DNA of 64,000 nt, taken from IMG/VR virus record IMGVR_UViG_2690315896_000002, positions 2,287 through 66,286 of that record; one strand, 5' to 3'. The DNA comes from a virus (Duplodnaviria; Caudoviricetes). Below the pieces are notes generated by a model that was not told the origin of the DNA, made no database searches, and saw only the letters and a program-made list of their open reading frames with translations. Position numbers and translations under genes: made by a program. Numbering within the stretch: position 1 is the stretch's first letter; each line of letters begins with the position of its first letter. Shown piece by piece: positions 43,903 through 52,341 of this stretch.

Positions 43903-44100
43903 ATGGAACAACCCATCACACCCCGAAAGAGGGCGCCCGGCGCTGGGCGCAAGCCGCTGTCCGACACTGGACAGAAGACCATCCGCGCCCGCGTCACCCC
44001 TGAGCAATACGAAACCTGGGAGGCCATGCCCAACGCTTCGCAGTGGCTGCGCGGCCAGCTGGATGCAATCCGGGCCGCAGAGCCTGGCGAGAAGGCCTGA
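43903..44100 (+). CDS. Small RHH-like DNA-binding protein
   Basis: RAPGAGRKP...TIRARVTPEQY...SQWLR; leaderless. Confidence 0.7.
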   Translation: MEQPITPRKRAPGAGRKPLSDTGQKTIRARVTPEQYETWEAMPNASQWLRGQLDAIRAAEPGEKA

Positions 44101-44103
44101 CGC

Positions 44104-44610
44104 CTAGGACGCTGCAATCCAATCCGTCTGCGGGCTGTCGCCACCTTTGTTCGCGGCCCTGTGCGCTTTCAGCTCGCGCTCCAACTTCTCGACCTTCGCG
44201 GCCAGTTCGGTGGCGAGGTACAGGTGCTGGTTCGCGCTGTTGATGAGGATTGCTTGCCCGGCCGCGCCCATGCCCAGCTGCGCCAGCACACGATCCTCCA
44301 CGGGCGTGAGCGTCAGCACGAAGTCCCCGATGTCATACTTCACGTAGCCCGTGGGCAGCACCGTCTTGCTGATGACGCGAGTTGCCGGGTAGACCTCCAC
44401 CAGCTCGTAGACCCCGCGCAGCAGGCGCTTGAGCTTGCCGTCATCCACCAGGGTGCGCAGGCGGTCGTCCACCACGGCCATCTTCAACCCCGTCAGCTCG
44501 GCCACCGTCTCGCGCGTAGCGATCTGCTCCAGGCTGCGCAGCTCGCGCACCGCGTCATAGATGCGGTCTGTGCTGGTGATGGGCTTGCCGCTCTTGGGCT
44601 CAGATTGCAT
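44104..44610 (-). CDS. Winged-helix protein, candidate late-gene activator
   Basis: IYDAV..L...TRETVAELTGL...VDDRLRTL...G.L.R..RGVY; last gene of the replication operon. Confidence 0.65.
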   Translation of the reverse strand: MQSEPKSGKPITSTDRIYDAVRELRSLEQIATRETVAELTGLKMAVVDDRLRTLVDDGKLKRLLRGVYELVEVYPATRVISKTVLPTGYVKYDIGDFVLTLTPVEDRVLAQLGMGAAGQAILINSANQHLYLATELAAKVEKLERELKAHRAANKGGDSPQTDWIAAS

Positions 44611-45148
44611 CACTCCCTCCTTCTCGCCACTCGGGCAGCTTTTTGGGCCACTGGCCCGATTCCTTGATCTGTGCACGGGTCTGCGCGGCCCAGGCGCTTC
44701 CCTGGGCATGGTGGGCGTCCCGGCCGCCCGGCAGCAGCCGGTACTGGTCGAAAGCCACATGGCAGCCCTCGATGTCTGGGCGCGTGCAGCACAGGGGCAT
44801 TCCGCGCCGGTCGTCCACCTTCATGCGGGCGCCCTTCCCCTCGTTTTCGTGCGCGTGCTGGCTGTAGCCCTCGATGCGGCAGTGCGCGCAGGGCAGCGCG
44901 GCCACCAAGCGCCGGTAGGGCTCGCTGCGCAGCGGGTTTTCCTTCTCCAAGGGCGCGGCGCGCATGTAGTCCATGTCGTTGGCCGCCACCATTTCCACGT
45001 TGTCCGGGCTCGGGCTGGCGCAGGCGATGGCGCGGGCGGCGCGGTCGGCCAGCCGCTGCTCGCGCTGGGTGTGGAAGTCGCTGCCGGCGCCGGCCGCCGC
45101 CGCGCGCCTGAAGCCTGTGCGCTTCATGGGTGTGCGGCCGGTCAGCAT
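44600..45148 (-). CDS. DUF968/Ref-like Zn-binding nuclease-domain protein
   Basis: LPCAHC...AH...DD....PLC...CH. Confidence 0.65.
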   Translation of the reverse strand: MLTGRTPMKRTGFRRAAAAGAGSDFHTQREQRLADRAARAIACASPSPDNVEMVAANDMDYMRAAPLEKENPLRSEPYRRLVAALPCAHCRIEGYSQHAHENEGKGARMKVDDRRGMPLCCTRPDIEGCHVAFDQYRLLPGGRDAHHAQGSAWAAQTRAQIKESGQWPKKLPEWREGGSDAI

Positions 45149-45381
45149 GGCCAAGTTCCCATGCGGCGGCGCGCGGCAATCTCGTCCATCGCCTGATCCA
45201 GCAAGGCTTGCACGTCGGCGCTGACGGCTCCTGGCTGCACGTTGACCCACCAGAGCCAGCGCAGGAATTCGTTGCTCGCGTCGCGGAAGATGAAAAAGCG
45301 GCCCGTGCAATGGCGCCAGCAGGCGCGAACCCACGCGGGCAGCCAAAACAGTTCCAGCACGCGCGTCTTGAACTTGGTCAT
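45142..45381 (-). CDS. Hypothetical protein (79 aa)
   Basis: Overlapping start/stop with neighbours. Confidence 0.5.
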   Translation of the reverse strand: MTKFKTRVLELFWLPAWVRACWRHCTGRFFIFRDASNEFLRWLWWVNVQPGAVSADVQALLDQAMDEIAARRRMGTWPC

Positions 45382-45716
45382 TGGGTCGCCCTCCCCTCGG
45401 CGCGGTTGCTGGCCTCCTTGGAGCGCCAGATCTCTACGTGCAGCTCGGCCGCCTTCAGCTTGAAGCGGAAGGTTTCCTCGGCCTCGATAGCGATGCGCAG
45501 GCCGTCCAGCAGTTCGATGTACTCGGGGTGCGAGTAGGCGTAGGCTTCGCGGTCGGCCACCGCCTTGCCGTCCGAGGCGCGCATCAGCAGGGCCTTCTTG
45601 GTTTTGCGAAATTCCTCCAGGTACAGGCGCTGGGCCTTGGCCTTGGCGAAGCGCGGCGCCGTCTGCAGCATGTAATCCACGGCGGCCTGGGGGTCGTTGG
45701 GCACGTACTCGCTCAT
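45378..45716 (-). CDS. Conserved helical phage protein (UvsY-like)
   Basis: REAYAYSHPEY...EIWRS.EAS.R. Confidence 0.6.
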   Translation of the reverse strand: MSEYVPNDPQAAVDYMLQTAPRFAKAKAQRLYLEEFRKTKKALLMRASDGKAVADREAYAYSHPEYIELLDGLRIAIEAEETFRFKLKAAELHVEIWRSKEASNRAEGRATQ

Positions 45717-45925
45717 GCTGCTGCCCCGGTTTCCGCTGTGCGGTAGGACCAGCCCTGCGCGTCCCTGGCCACCGTCGCGGCACTGTCGTGCGGCACGCCG
45801 ACGAGATTGCCGAAGTCATCGGCCACGCAGTCCAGCTCCAGCAGCCGCATGCCGTTGTCGTAGTCCTCGGCCCAGAAGATGCGGCAGCCCACGGCCAGCG
45901 GGAACACAAAGCGGTCGGTGCTCAT
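45713..45925 (-). CDS. Hypothetical protein (70 aa)
   Basis: ATGA coupling. Confidence 0.5.
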   Translation of the reverse strand: MSTDRFVFPLAVGCRIFWAEDYDNGMRLLELDCVADDFGNLVGVPHDSAATVARDAQGWSYRTAETGAAA

Positions 45926-46353
45926 GGCGTCACGCATGCGATTTCCTCCACGGTCACCACCACACGCGGCGTGTCGCTGTAGCCCTTGCGGCAGTCGCGC
46001 AGCCAGCAGACCTGGCTGTCGTCCTTCCAGGCCACGCCGTTCAGGCCGTCCTTGATGGCCTTGAGCACGTTGTCCAGGTCGGGCTTCTTCGTGTGCTGCT
46101 CGGTGCCGGCGCGGGCGGCCGCCTGCCGCTTCTTCGACCAGCTGGGCGGGATCGGGAAAAGCGCCGTCACGGACAGGGACACCGGGCCGTCGATCAACGA
46201 GCGCCCTGCCATGGCCTGCTGGGCGAAGAGCGCCACGCGGGCCTCGTAGTTCTCGGTCTTGGCGGGGGTGTAGAGGCGCGCGCGGCCCTGTACCATGGTG
46301 GCGCGGGGCCGGGCCTTGGCCACGGGGTCGCCGGGGATTTCGAAGGTCAGCAT
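45922..46353 (-). CDS. rusA: RusA Holliday junction resolvase
   Basis: KARPR, KPDLDNVLKAIKDGLNGVAWKDDSQV. Confidence 0.92.
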   Translation of the reverse strand: MLTFEIPGDPVAKARPRATMVQGRARLYTPAKTENYEARVALFAQQAMAGRSLIDGPVSLSVTALFPIPPSWSKKRQAAARAGTEQHTKKPDLDNVLKAIKDGLNGVAWKDDSQVCWLRDCRKGYSDTPRVVVTVEEIACVTP

Positions 46354-46658
46354 GCAACCTCCCTGGCACTTTTGTGTGCCGCGATTTCCTTTGGCGTGGC
46401 GTAGCGTGTGTAGCCCTTCCACTTCTCTGCAATAGCCTGGTCGAATGTTTGGAGCATCCAGGGTCCTGGCGTGGAAAACTCGTATTGCTCGGCCGTCAGT
46501 GCCAATGCGGATCTACCCCGCTCAACAACGCTTCCATCGGCGTTTGACAGGTACGCCTCGACGACGAACCGCACCCAGTTGCCGTCCCTCCCGAGAGTGC
46601 AGCCGGTAATGTGGTCAACCTGCTTTGCGCCAGCTGCGAATTCTTCAAAGCTCAGCAT
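46347..46658 (-). CDS. Hypothetical protein (103 aa)
   Basis: SD AAGGAGG, overlapping neighbours. Confidence 0.55.
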   Translation of the reverse strand: MLSFEEFAAGAKQVDHITGCTLGRDGNWVRFVVEAYLSNADGSVVERGRSALALTAEQYEFSTPGPWMLQTFDQAIAEKWKGYTRYATPKEIAAHKSAREVAC

Positions 46659-47362
46659 GCGGCGCCCTCCTTCGTGGTGGCCAGCGCCAGCCGGTGCTTC
46701 GCCCACTCGCCCGCGATCCAGCTCACGCCCTTGGGCGTGAACTTGGACTGGTTGTAGGCGTGGCTGGTGTCGCCGTGCTCGGCCACCCCCGCCTTTGTCT
46801 CGAAGCGGCCGGCCTGGATGTGTTGGGCATGGGGCACCCACTCGCCGCCCAGGAAATACATCACGCCCGTGTCCTTCAGGAACTGGCGGAATTCGGGCTC
46901 CTTGGCGCCCAGGAGCTTGCACACCTGCCGGAAGCCCTTGCTGCCCGTGGTGGCCTGCACATACTTGTCCACGAAGTCCACCTTCGGCGCGGCCAGCGCC
47001 AGCTGGGCCTCGGCCTTGATGCGGGCTTGCTCGGATTCCATGGCCAGCTGCAGGATGTCCAGGCGCGACAGCTCGGCCGGCTTCGGCCCGGCCTCCAGTT
47101 GCTGCCAGCGGACCACGATCGCATGGCGCATCTGCACGCTGTACCCGGACACGAGGGTGATGGTCAGCTCCTTGGGCAGATGGGCCACGCGCTGCAGGCG
47201 CTGGTAGCTGTCGGGAAGTTCTCCCCAAAACTGGGGCGATGTCAGGCCCAGCTCCTGCAGCATGTGCTCGATGTCGCGCAGCACATGGTCGTGGCGCTTG
47301 CCGGTCAGCTCCGCAATCTCGCGGCTGCTCATGGTCTGGGTTTGTGCGGTCTGCAATTGCAT
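46652..47362 (-). CDS. Rha + KilA-C/ANT antirepressor-type protein
   Basis: MSSREIAELTGKRHDHVLRDI; APKVDFVD; FTPKG. Confidence 0.88.
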   Translation of the reverse strand: MQLQTAQTQTMSSREIAELTGKRHDHVLRDIEHMLQELGLTSPQFWGELPDSYQRLQRVAHLPKELTITLVSGYSVQMRHAIVVRWQQLEAGPKPAELSRLDILQLAMESEQARIKAEAQLALAAPKVDFVDKYVQATTGSKGFRQVCKLLGAKEPEFRQFLKDTGVMYFLGGEWVPHAQHIQAGRFETKAGVAEHGDTSHAYNQSKFTPKGVSWIAGEWAKHRLALATTKEGAAC

Positions 47363-47378
47363 GTCGTTTCTCCCTAGT

Positions 47379-47909
47379 TCAACGCATCAGGCCGGCGAAC
47401 ACGTTGGGCGCGCCGCCCGGGGCCGTCACCACGTTCTGGCCGCGGCGGCACTTGCTCACCGTGGTCATGCTCACGCCCAGCTCGGCGGCCAGCGCAACGC
47501 CGGTCTTCGGGCTGCTCTGCACGTACAGCACCTGCTCGGCGGTGAGCTTCGCCCGCTTGACGTTGATGGCACGGTTGGCGGCGATGTGCTTGGGGGTGCC
47601 CTTGTGGCGGCCGATGCGGCGGGCGAACTGGCCGCGCAGGCGCTCGGTCGTGCAGCGGATGCACTCCGGGTTGCAGCACGTAGGGTGCGGGCACACCACG
47701 TAGGCGCGGTGCGTGGTCGGGATGGCCTTGCCAGTCGTGATGTGCCAGATGGCACGCGGGCCGGCCTGGGTGGTCATGCCGCCGTTCTGGCGCGTGTGGT
47801 CCGGCGCGTAGATGTTGGGGCGGCCATCGGGGCGCACCGATCCGCGCCAGAGCCAGTGCCCGTCCTCGGTGATGACGCAGCGGCCTTTGATTTCCTCAAT
47901 CGTTCGCAT
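47379..47909 (-). CDS. HNH-like (degenerate) + HTH protein
   Basis: HWLWRG...C...CCNPEC; KLT.EQV...LAAELGVS..TVS. Confidence 0.65.
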   Translation of the reverse strand: MRTIEEIKGRCVITEDGHWLWRGSVRPDGRPNIYAPDHTRQNGGMTTQAGPRAIWHITTGKAIPTTHRAYVVCPHPTCCNPECIRCTTERLRGQFARRIGRHKGTPKHIAANRAINVKRAKLTAEQVLYVQSSPKTGVALAAELGVSMTTVSKCRRGQNVVTAPGGAPNVFAGLMR

Positions 47910-48480
47910 CGTTCTCCCCCTCCTGGTCCTGGTCTGGCTTCTTGGTGGCCTCGGCGCCCAGCGCCTGCAGCGCGTGGCGTAGCACGCCAAAGGTCACGGT
48001 CTGGTCGCCGGCCTCGGCACGGGCCTTGATGACGCGCGCCCAGTCCTTGCCGTCCCCCACGGGAGTAATGCGGGCCTCCACACGCGCCAGCTTCGGAGCG
48101 GGTAACAGCGCATAGCCATTCAGCTCGGCGTGCGTCTTGCGCGGCAAAATTGCCTCGCACAGCTTCACCAGCTCGGGCAGCGAAGGCGAGAACTGCGGGC
48201 TCTCGGCCATGGCGCGCTTGGCTGCCGTTTCCACCACGTCACCCGGGAAGCGCGACAGGTCGGCGTCCCAGACCAGCATGGCGGCCAGCGGCCCCTTGTC
48301 CTTGCCCTTGTTCGGGCCGTCTTCGACGAGCTGGCCTGTGTGAAACTTGGCCAGGAACTGATTGCCGTAGGCGCCGTGCAGCACCACAAACAGCTTGCGG
48401 ACGGTGGCCGATGCCTCGCGTGGGCCGCGCGTCTGCGCTTCGTGGACGCTGTGCGCCGCGATGTGTGCGAGGTTTTTCAC
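47896..48480 (-). CDS. Replication protein P-like/helicase loader
   Basis: YGNQF...W...PSLPEL..LC; follows initiator. Confidence 0.55.
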   Translation of the reverse strand: MKNLAHIAAHSVHEAQTRGPREASATVRKLFVVLHGAYGNQFLAKFHTGQLVEDGPNKGKDKGPLAAMLVWDADLSRFPGDVVETAAKRAMAESPQFSPSLPELVKLCEAILPRKTHAELNGYALLPAPKLARVEARITPVGDGKDWARVIKARAEAGDQTVTFGVLRHALQALGAEATKKPDQDQEGENDAND

Positions 48481-49286
48481 AGTTCCATCCCGTCGTAGAT
48501 CGCGGCGGCGGCGCCTGCGTATTTGGCGGGTGGCGGCTGCTGGCCCGGCGCACGCCCGGCAGGCTGCCCGTGGTCCTTCTGATACCAGCCGGCATTGAAG
48601 CCCTGCCAGCCGCGCTCAACGGCGTAGCGGATGGCGTCCTCAGCTGTGATGCCAGCCTTGCCGGCTTCGCGATGGATCGCGTCGATCACGGTCTGGCTGA
48701 TCGGGCCGGCACGACGCGCCTTGCGCACGTCCTTCCATTCGTTCACCAGTTCCTCGGGTACACCGGGGATCGTGGGCCCGCTGCTGCGCTTATTCTCTGT
48801 AGTAGTCTTGTGTGTAGTCTCTGTTCTATTACCGGATTGCGCTTTCCGCAGTTCGTCGGACGACGATTTCGCTCTCCCCGGACTGCGTTTGGCGCAATTA
48901 CCGGATTGCGCTTCCCGCACCTCCCGAAATGCGTTTTCGTCGTTCGCGGATTGCGCTTTCGTCCATGCTTCAAACGCTGCGTCTATGGCCTCGGGAACCA
49001 GGCGGAAATAGACCTTGTGCTCCAGGCGGCGATTCGTCTCGACCAGGAAGCCAGCGGCCTTCAGGACCGCGCGCGCCGTGGCCTGCTCGCGGTAGGACAA
49101 GCCGGTTTCCTCCGCCAGCTCGGCGGAGGTTTTGTAGGTGCCAAGTTCGCTATCGGCGCCGCGGTCGTGCCAGTAGTGCAGCTGCGCGAACAGGATGGCC
49201 GCATTGACGCTTCCGAGAAAGCGCGCGATACGCGGGTAGTAGGCGACAGGACGGCCCACCGTTGACAGGGCATAGAACAGGCTCAT
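48477..49286 (-). CDS. Replication initiator (O-like)
   Basis: N-terminal wHTH (AAILFAQL.YW...ETGLS..EQ..AR); internal iterons; GWQGF. Confidence 0.8.
   Translation of the reverse strand: MSLFYALSTVGRPVAYYPRIARFLGSVNAAILFAQLHYWHDRGADSELGTYKTSAELAEETGLSYREQATARAVLKAAGFLVETNRRLEHKVYFRLVPEAIDAAFEAWTKAQSANDENAFREVREAQSGNCAKRSPGRAKSSSDELRKAQSGNRTETTHKTTTENKRSSGPTIPGVPEELVNEWKDVRKARRAGPISQTVIDAIHREAGKAGITAEDAIRYAVERGWQGFNAGWYQKDHGQPAGRAPGQQPPPAKYAGAAAAIYDGMEL
48790..48965. repeat. Iteron-like ~23-bp repeats and adjacent AT-rich tract (ori)
   Basis: ATTACCGGATTGCGCTT(T/C)CCGCA at 48828 and 48897, with degenerate copies at ~23-bp period. Confidence 0.7.
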
Positions 49287-49543
49287 TCCGCCCCCCGGTC
49301 AGCATCCGATGGACGCTTGCGGCGCTTGCGCGTCGCCATCTTGGGCTCCTGCTCTGCGGTAGCCAGCTTGGCGCACAAGTCATTGACGGTGACATATCCG
49401 GGGTTGGCTGTCAGGCCGTATCGGATCTTGTTGATCGTCGACACAGGTACACCTGAGAGCTTCTGCAACGCCTCGACTTGAGCCTTAGACAAGGCCATCA
49501 GACGTGCTCGCACGTCCTTCATGCTGGGCAAAGTAAGTTCCAT
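49283..49543 (-). CDS. Cro-like HTH repressor
   Basis: SGVPVSTINKIRYG...NP; divergent from repressor. Confidence 0.8.
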   Translation of the reverse strand: MELTLPSMKDVRARLMALSKAQVEALQKLSGVPVSTINKIRYGLTANPGYVTVNDLCAKLATAEQEPKMATRKRRKRPSDADRGAE

Positions 49544-49554
49544 GCCCCAAGTCT

Positions 49555-49642
49555 ATCTAAATTTGGACTATCGCCTTGCTAAATGTTCAAATTTGGACCG
49601 CGTGCATAGCGGAAAATTTCGGTCTAATATCCAAATATGGAA
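49555..49642. promoter_or_regulatory. Operators, consensus palindrome GTCCAAATTTGGAC
   Basis: Sites at 49555, 49585 and a weaker one at 49629 over the repressor ATG. Confidence 0.75.
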
Positions 49643-50056
49643 CAACCGACAACCCCCCTCACACTGAAAAGTAACCTGTGGGCCTCCATTGAGAAGCTCA
49701 TGTTGGCCCAGTGGGGCAAGCCCAATGTCAGCCGCCTAGCACGCGAAGCAGGCCTGGGTCATGGCACGGCCATTCGTCTGCAGCACGACGATGGGGTCAC
49801 GTCCATCGGGCTGGATAAGGTGGAGCGCATTGCGCGAGTCTTTGGCGTTGATCCCTGGAAGCTGCTCGATCCAGCATTTGATCCAGACGATCAAGCACAG
49901 AGCATCAGTGCCCAAGGCCGAGAGCTGGCCCTAACCCTCGACCGCATCAGCGATCCAGTTGCAAAAGCGAAGTTCTACGCAATGTGCGTCCAATTTCTTG
50001 AGTTCTCGAACCCGCCCCTCCAGCAAACACAATCGACTGGCGGCGCGCCCAAGTAA
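49637..50056 (+). CDS. CI-like repressor lacking peptidase domain
   Basis: SRLAREAGLGHGT...SIGLDKVERIARVFGVDPWKLL; leaderless after TAATAT. Confidence 0.8.
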   Translation: MEQPTTPLTLKSNLWASIEKLMLAQWGKPNVSRLAREAGLGHGTAIRLQHDDGVTSIGLDKVERIARVFGVDPWKLLDPAFDPDDQAQSISAQGRELALTLDRISDPVAKAKFYAMCVQFLEFSNPPLQQTQSTGGAPK

Positions 50057-50384
50057 CAGCACACTTCACATCTGTAAAAACACCCAAAACGCCACCGACC
50101 TGCGCGAGTCGAGCGGCAATTTCTCGCGCCTTCTCCAGTTGCACCGCTGACACCACCAGCCCAAGCGGCATCACAGCGTGGTTCACCAGCCGATCCCAGG
50201 CCACCCGGTCAACTTCCAGCCCCACTCGAGCGTCCAGTACGCAAGTGAAGACGTGCCCCTGCATGCCTTCACTTGCGCGGCGAACGCGGCGGCAATCCAG
50301 CAAAACGCCGCGCCACGTCACAAGCATGACGCCCGCCTGGATATCAATCCCCTCAGTCTCCATCGCCAGTTCTGATTGCTTCAC
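49947..50384 (-). CDS. LexA-box-controlled protein, SpoIIAA/STAS-like, candidate antirepressor
   Basis: SD AAGAGG; alpha/beta pattern ending VFTDVKCAVTW. Confidence 0.5.
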   Translation of the reverse strand: MKQSELAMETEGIDIQAGVMLVTWRGVLLDCRRVRRASEGMQGHVFTCVLDARVGLEVDRVAWDRLVNHAVMPLGLVVSAVQLEKAREIAARLAQVGGVLGVFTDVKCAVTWARRQSIVFAGGAGSRTQEIGRTLRRTSLLQLDR

Positions 50385-50429
50385 TGTTGCCTCTTGTAGG
50401 TTCGCGCCTACGCCTGCGGTTTGTACTAA

Positions 50430-50445
50430 CTGTAATTACGTACAG
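50430..50445. promoter_or_regulatory. LexA (SOS) box
   Basis: CTGTAATTACGTACAG = CTGT-N8-ACAG. Confidence 0.8.
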
Positions 50446-50482
50446 TATTCCACATTTTGCAGAATCGCCGGCCTCGCCAAAA

Positions 50483-50532
50483 GTCCAAATTTAGAACACT
50501 TTTTATTTATCAGTCCAAATTTGGATTATAGT
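50483..50532 (+). promoter_or_regulatory. Early rightward promoter with two repressor operators
   Basis: GTCCAAATTTAGAA(50483), GTCCAAATTTGGAT(50513), TATAGT -10. Confidence 0.75.
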
Positions 50533-50896
50533 TCACCCATCGTAGCAACAACACGCCGCGATGGGCGCCAGGTGATCGAACTCAGCGCTCCTGCTCTTGC
50601 AGCTTGGCAGGCTGGGTAAACAAAGCACCTCCGCAGGCGGCAGCGGGCAACAAGAGGTCGTCGGCGCACTACTACTGAGACAAGCCACCAGCCCTCGCAG
50701 GCCGGGTAAGTGCTTGAGGATCTGGGAATTGCCTGGGGACCGCGGCCAATGGGGCCAGGAAGCCAGGACCGCCCCGCGAAGTCCAACCCTGGGGCTGAAT
50801 ACGGGGGTGAGGCATGCACTGGGATGCCAAGAACAGAAAAGCCCAGATCCATCTTTGGAGGCCCAGCCTCCCCACCCGGCCCAGCCGGGGAAAAAC

Positions 50897-50931
50897 CGCA
50901 GCGTCTTGTCACCAGGGCGCTGCGTTTTTTT
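50897..50931 (+). terminator. Leader terminator
   Basis: CGCAGCG...CGCTGCG-T7. Confidence 0.75.
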
Positions 50932-50974
50932 ATGGCGATTCGGGGCGCCCTCTCCCCGCTTTCAAGGAAACCAC

Positions 50975-51586
50975 ATGTCAACACTTCTCGCCGCCCAACT
51001 GGCAAAGCTGTCCGAATTCGATTTCATCGTCGTCGTGGATGCCAGCGGCTCCATGACCACCGATGACGTGAAGGGCCGCACTCGCTGGCAGGCCGTGCAG
51101 GAAACCGCAGAGCAGTTCACCCGTGACCTGGCCAAGCTGGACAGCGATGGCATCGGCCTCGTGGTGTTCAACGGCCAGGCCGTCGATTCGTTCGATGGCG
51201 TGGATGCGAGCAAGCTGACCGAAGTGTTCGCGGCGCGCTCGCCCCGCAGCTCCACCCCGCTGGCGGAGGCCCTGACGGCCGCGCTCAAGCTGGCCGGCAA
51301 GTCGGACAAGAAGGACTTCGTGATCGTCTTCACCGATGGCGTGCCCGATGACAAGGCCGCCGCCGCCAAGGTGATCGTGGATGCGTCCAACAAGCTGCAG
51401 AACGACGATGAGCTGACCATCCTGTTCGTGCAGGTGGGCCACGACCGCGCGGCTACCGACTACCTGCGCGAACTGGACGACAACCTCAAGGGTGCCAAGT
51501 TCGACATCGTGGATGCCAAGACCGTGGCCGAAGCCGAAGCCTTTGCCAGCACCGCTGACCTGGTGCTGGCCGCCATCGACGGCTGA
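50975..51586 (+). CDS. Stand-alone vWA-domain protein
   Basis: MIDAS DASGS...STPL...TDG; SD AAGGA. Confidence 0.9.
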   Translation: MSTLLAAQLAKLSEFDFIVVVDASGSMTTDDVKGRTRWQAVQETAEQFTRDLAKLDSDGIGLVVFNGQAVDSFDGVDASKLTEVFAARSPRSSTPLAEALTAALKLAGKSDKKDFVIVFTDGVPDDKAAAAKVIVDASNKLQNDDELTILFVQVGHDRAATDYLRELDDNLKGAKFDIVDAKTVAEAEAFASTADLVLAAIDG

Positions 51587-51589
51587 CCG

Positions 51590-51709
51590 ATGGTCGATCT
51601 CATTCTGCTGACGTTCTGCGTCGGCATGTTCGCCGCTGGCTTTTGGGCCGGCGCCAGGTACAAGCGGCCCGCTGACATGCTCAAGGCCATGAAGACCTGG
51701 TTCAACTGA
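51590..51709 (+). CDS. Small membrane peptide (39 aa)
   Basis: MVDLILLTFCVGMFAAGFWAGARYKR... Confidence 0.55.
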   Translation: MVDLILLTFCVGMFAAGFWAGARYKRPADMLKAMKTWFN

Positions 51710-51916
51710 CTCCCGTGCCCTGGCCAAAGCCAGGGCCATCACGCCGGCTCCCTCCTTCGGGCGCCGCCGCGATGGCGCGACAGGTAGTTGCCCACCTGCG
51801 CAGGAAGGTCCGTCCTTTCGGTTGTTGTGGAAAAAAAGCCGGGGCGTACACGGCAGCCATCACCAACCACACCCCAAACCGCCTCCAGGCGGTTTTTTCG
51901 TTTCAGGAGAGCAGAG

Positions 51917-52222
51917 ATGCAACGAGTGATCCCCACGGAGCCCTTCAACGCTGACCCCGACGCGCGCTATCTGCGCGAGGCATCCCGCCCGGGTCCAGTT
52001 GTCGAGCCGGACCCGGCGCCCACCCCCGGCGGCTGGCTGCTGCTGTGCCTGGCCGTGCTCGTGGCCCTGGCGCTCAGCGCCTGCGCCGATGCTGGCGCGG
52101 CCCAGGAAGCCCCGAGCGTTGCGGACCTCAAGCGTGCCGCCGCCAGTGCGTGGAATTGCCCGGGTATGCACGCCGAGTGGATTGACGAACAGACCGTCCA
52201 GTGCCTGAAGGAACGCCCGTAA
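51917..52222 (+). CDS. Membrane/lipoprotein-like protein
   Basis: TM ending LSAC; SD AGGAG. Confidence 0.6.
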   Translation: MQRVIPTEPFNADPDARYLREASRPGPVVEPDPAPTPGGWLLLCLAVLVALALSACADAGAAQEAPSVADLKRAAASAWNCPGMHAEWIDEQTVQCLKERP

Positions 52223-52323
52223 TGAAGCTCCTTCACATCGCATTCCTCTGGCTGTTCCTGTGCGCAGTCTCGGCCCTGGCTGCCGCAGTCATTTCCATCA
52301 ATACCCCTCAGCCATTTTTTTGA
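52222..52323 (+). CDS. Small hydrophobic peptide (33 aa)
   Basis: TAATG coupling. Confidence 0.45.
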   Translation: MKLLHIAFLWLFLCAVSALAAAVISINTPQPFF

Positions 52324-52341
52324 CCATCTGGAGACACCGCA

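Noticed and set aside
48828-48965. Regular repeats as a mini-CRISPR array
   Set aside because: No unique spacers; located inside the initiator gene like iterons.
50597-50974. In-frame N-terminal extension of the vWA ORF
   Set aside because: Crosses a terminator; a good SD precedes ATG 50975.
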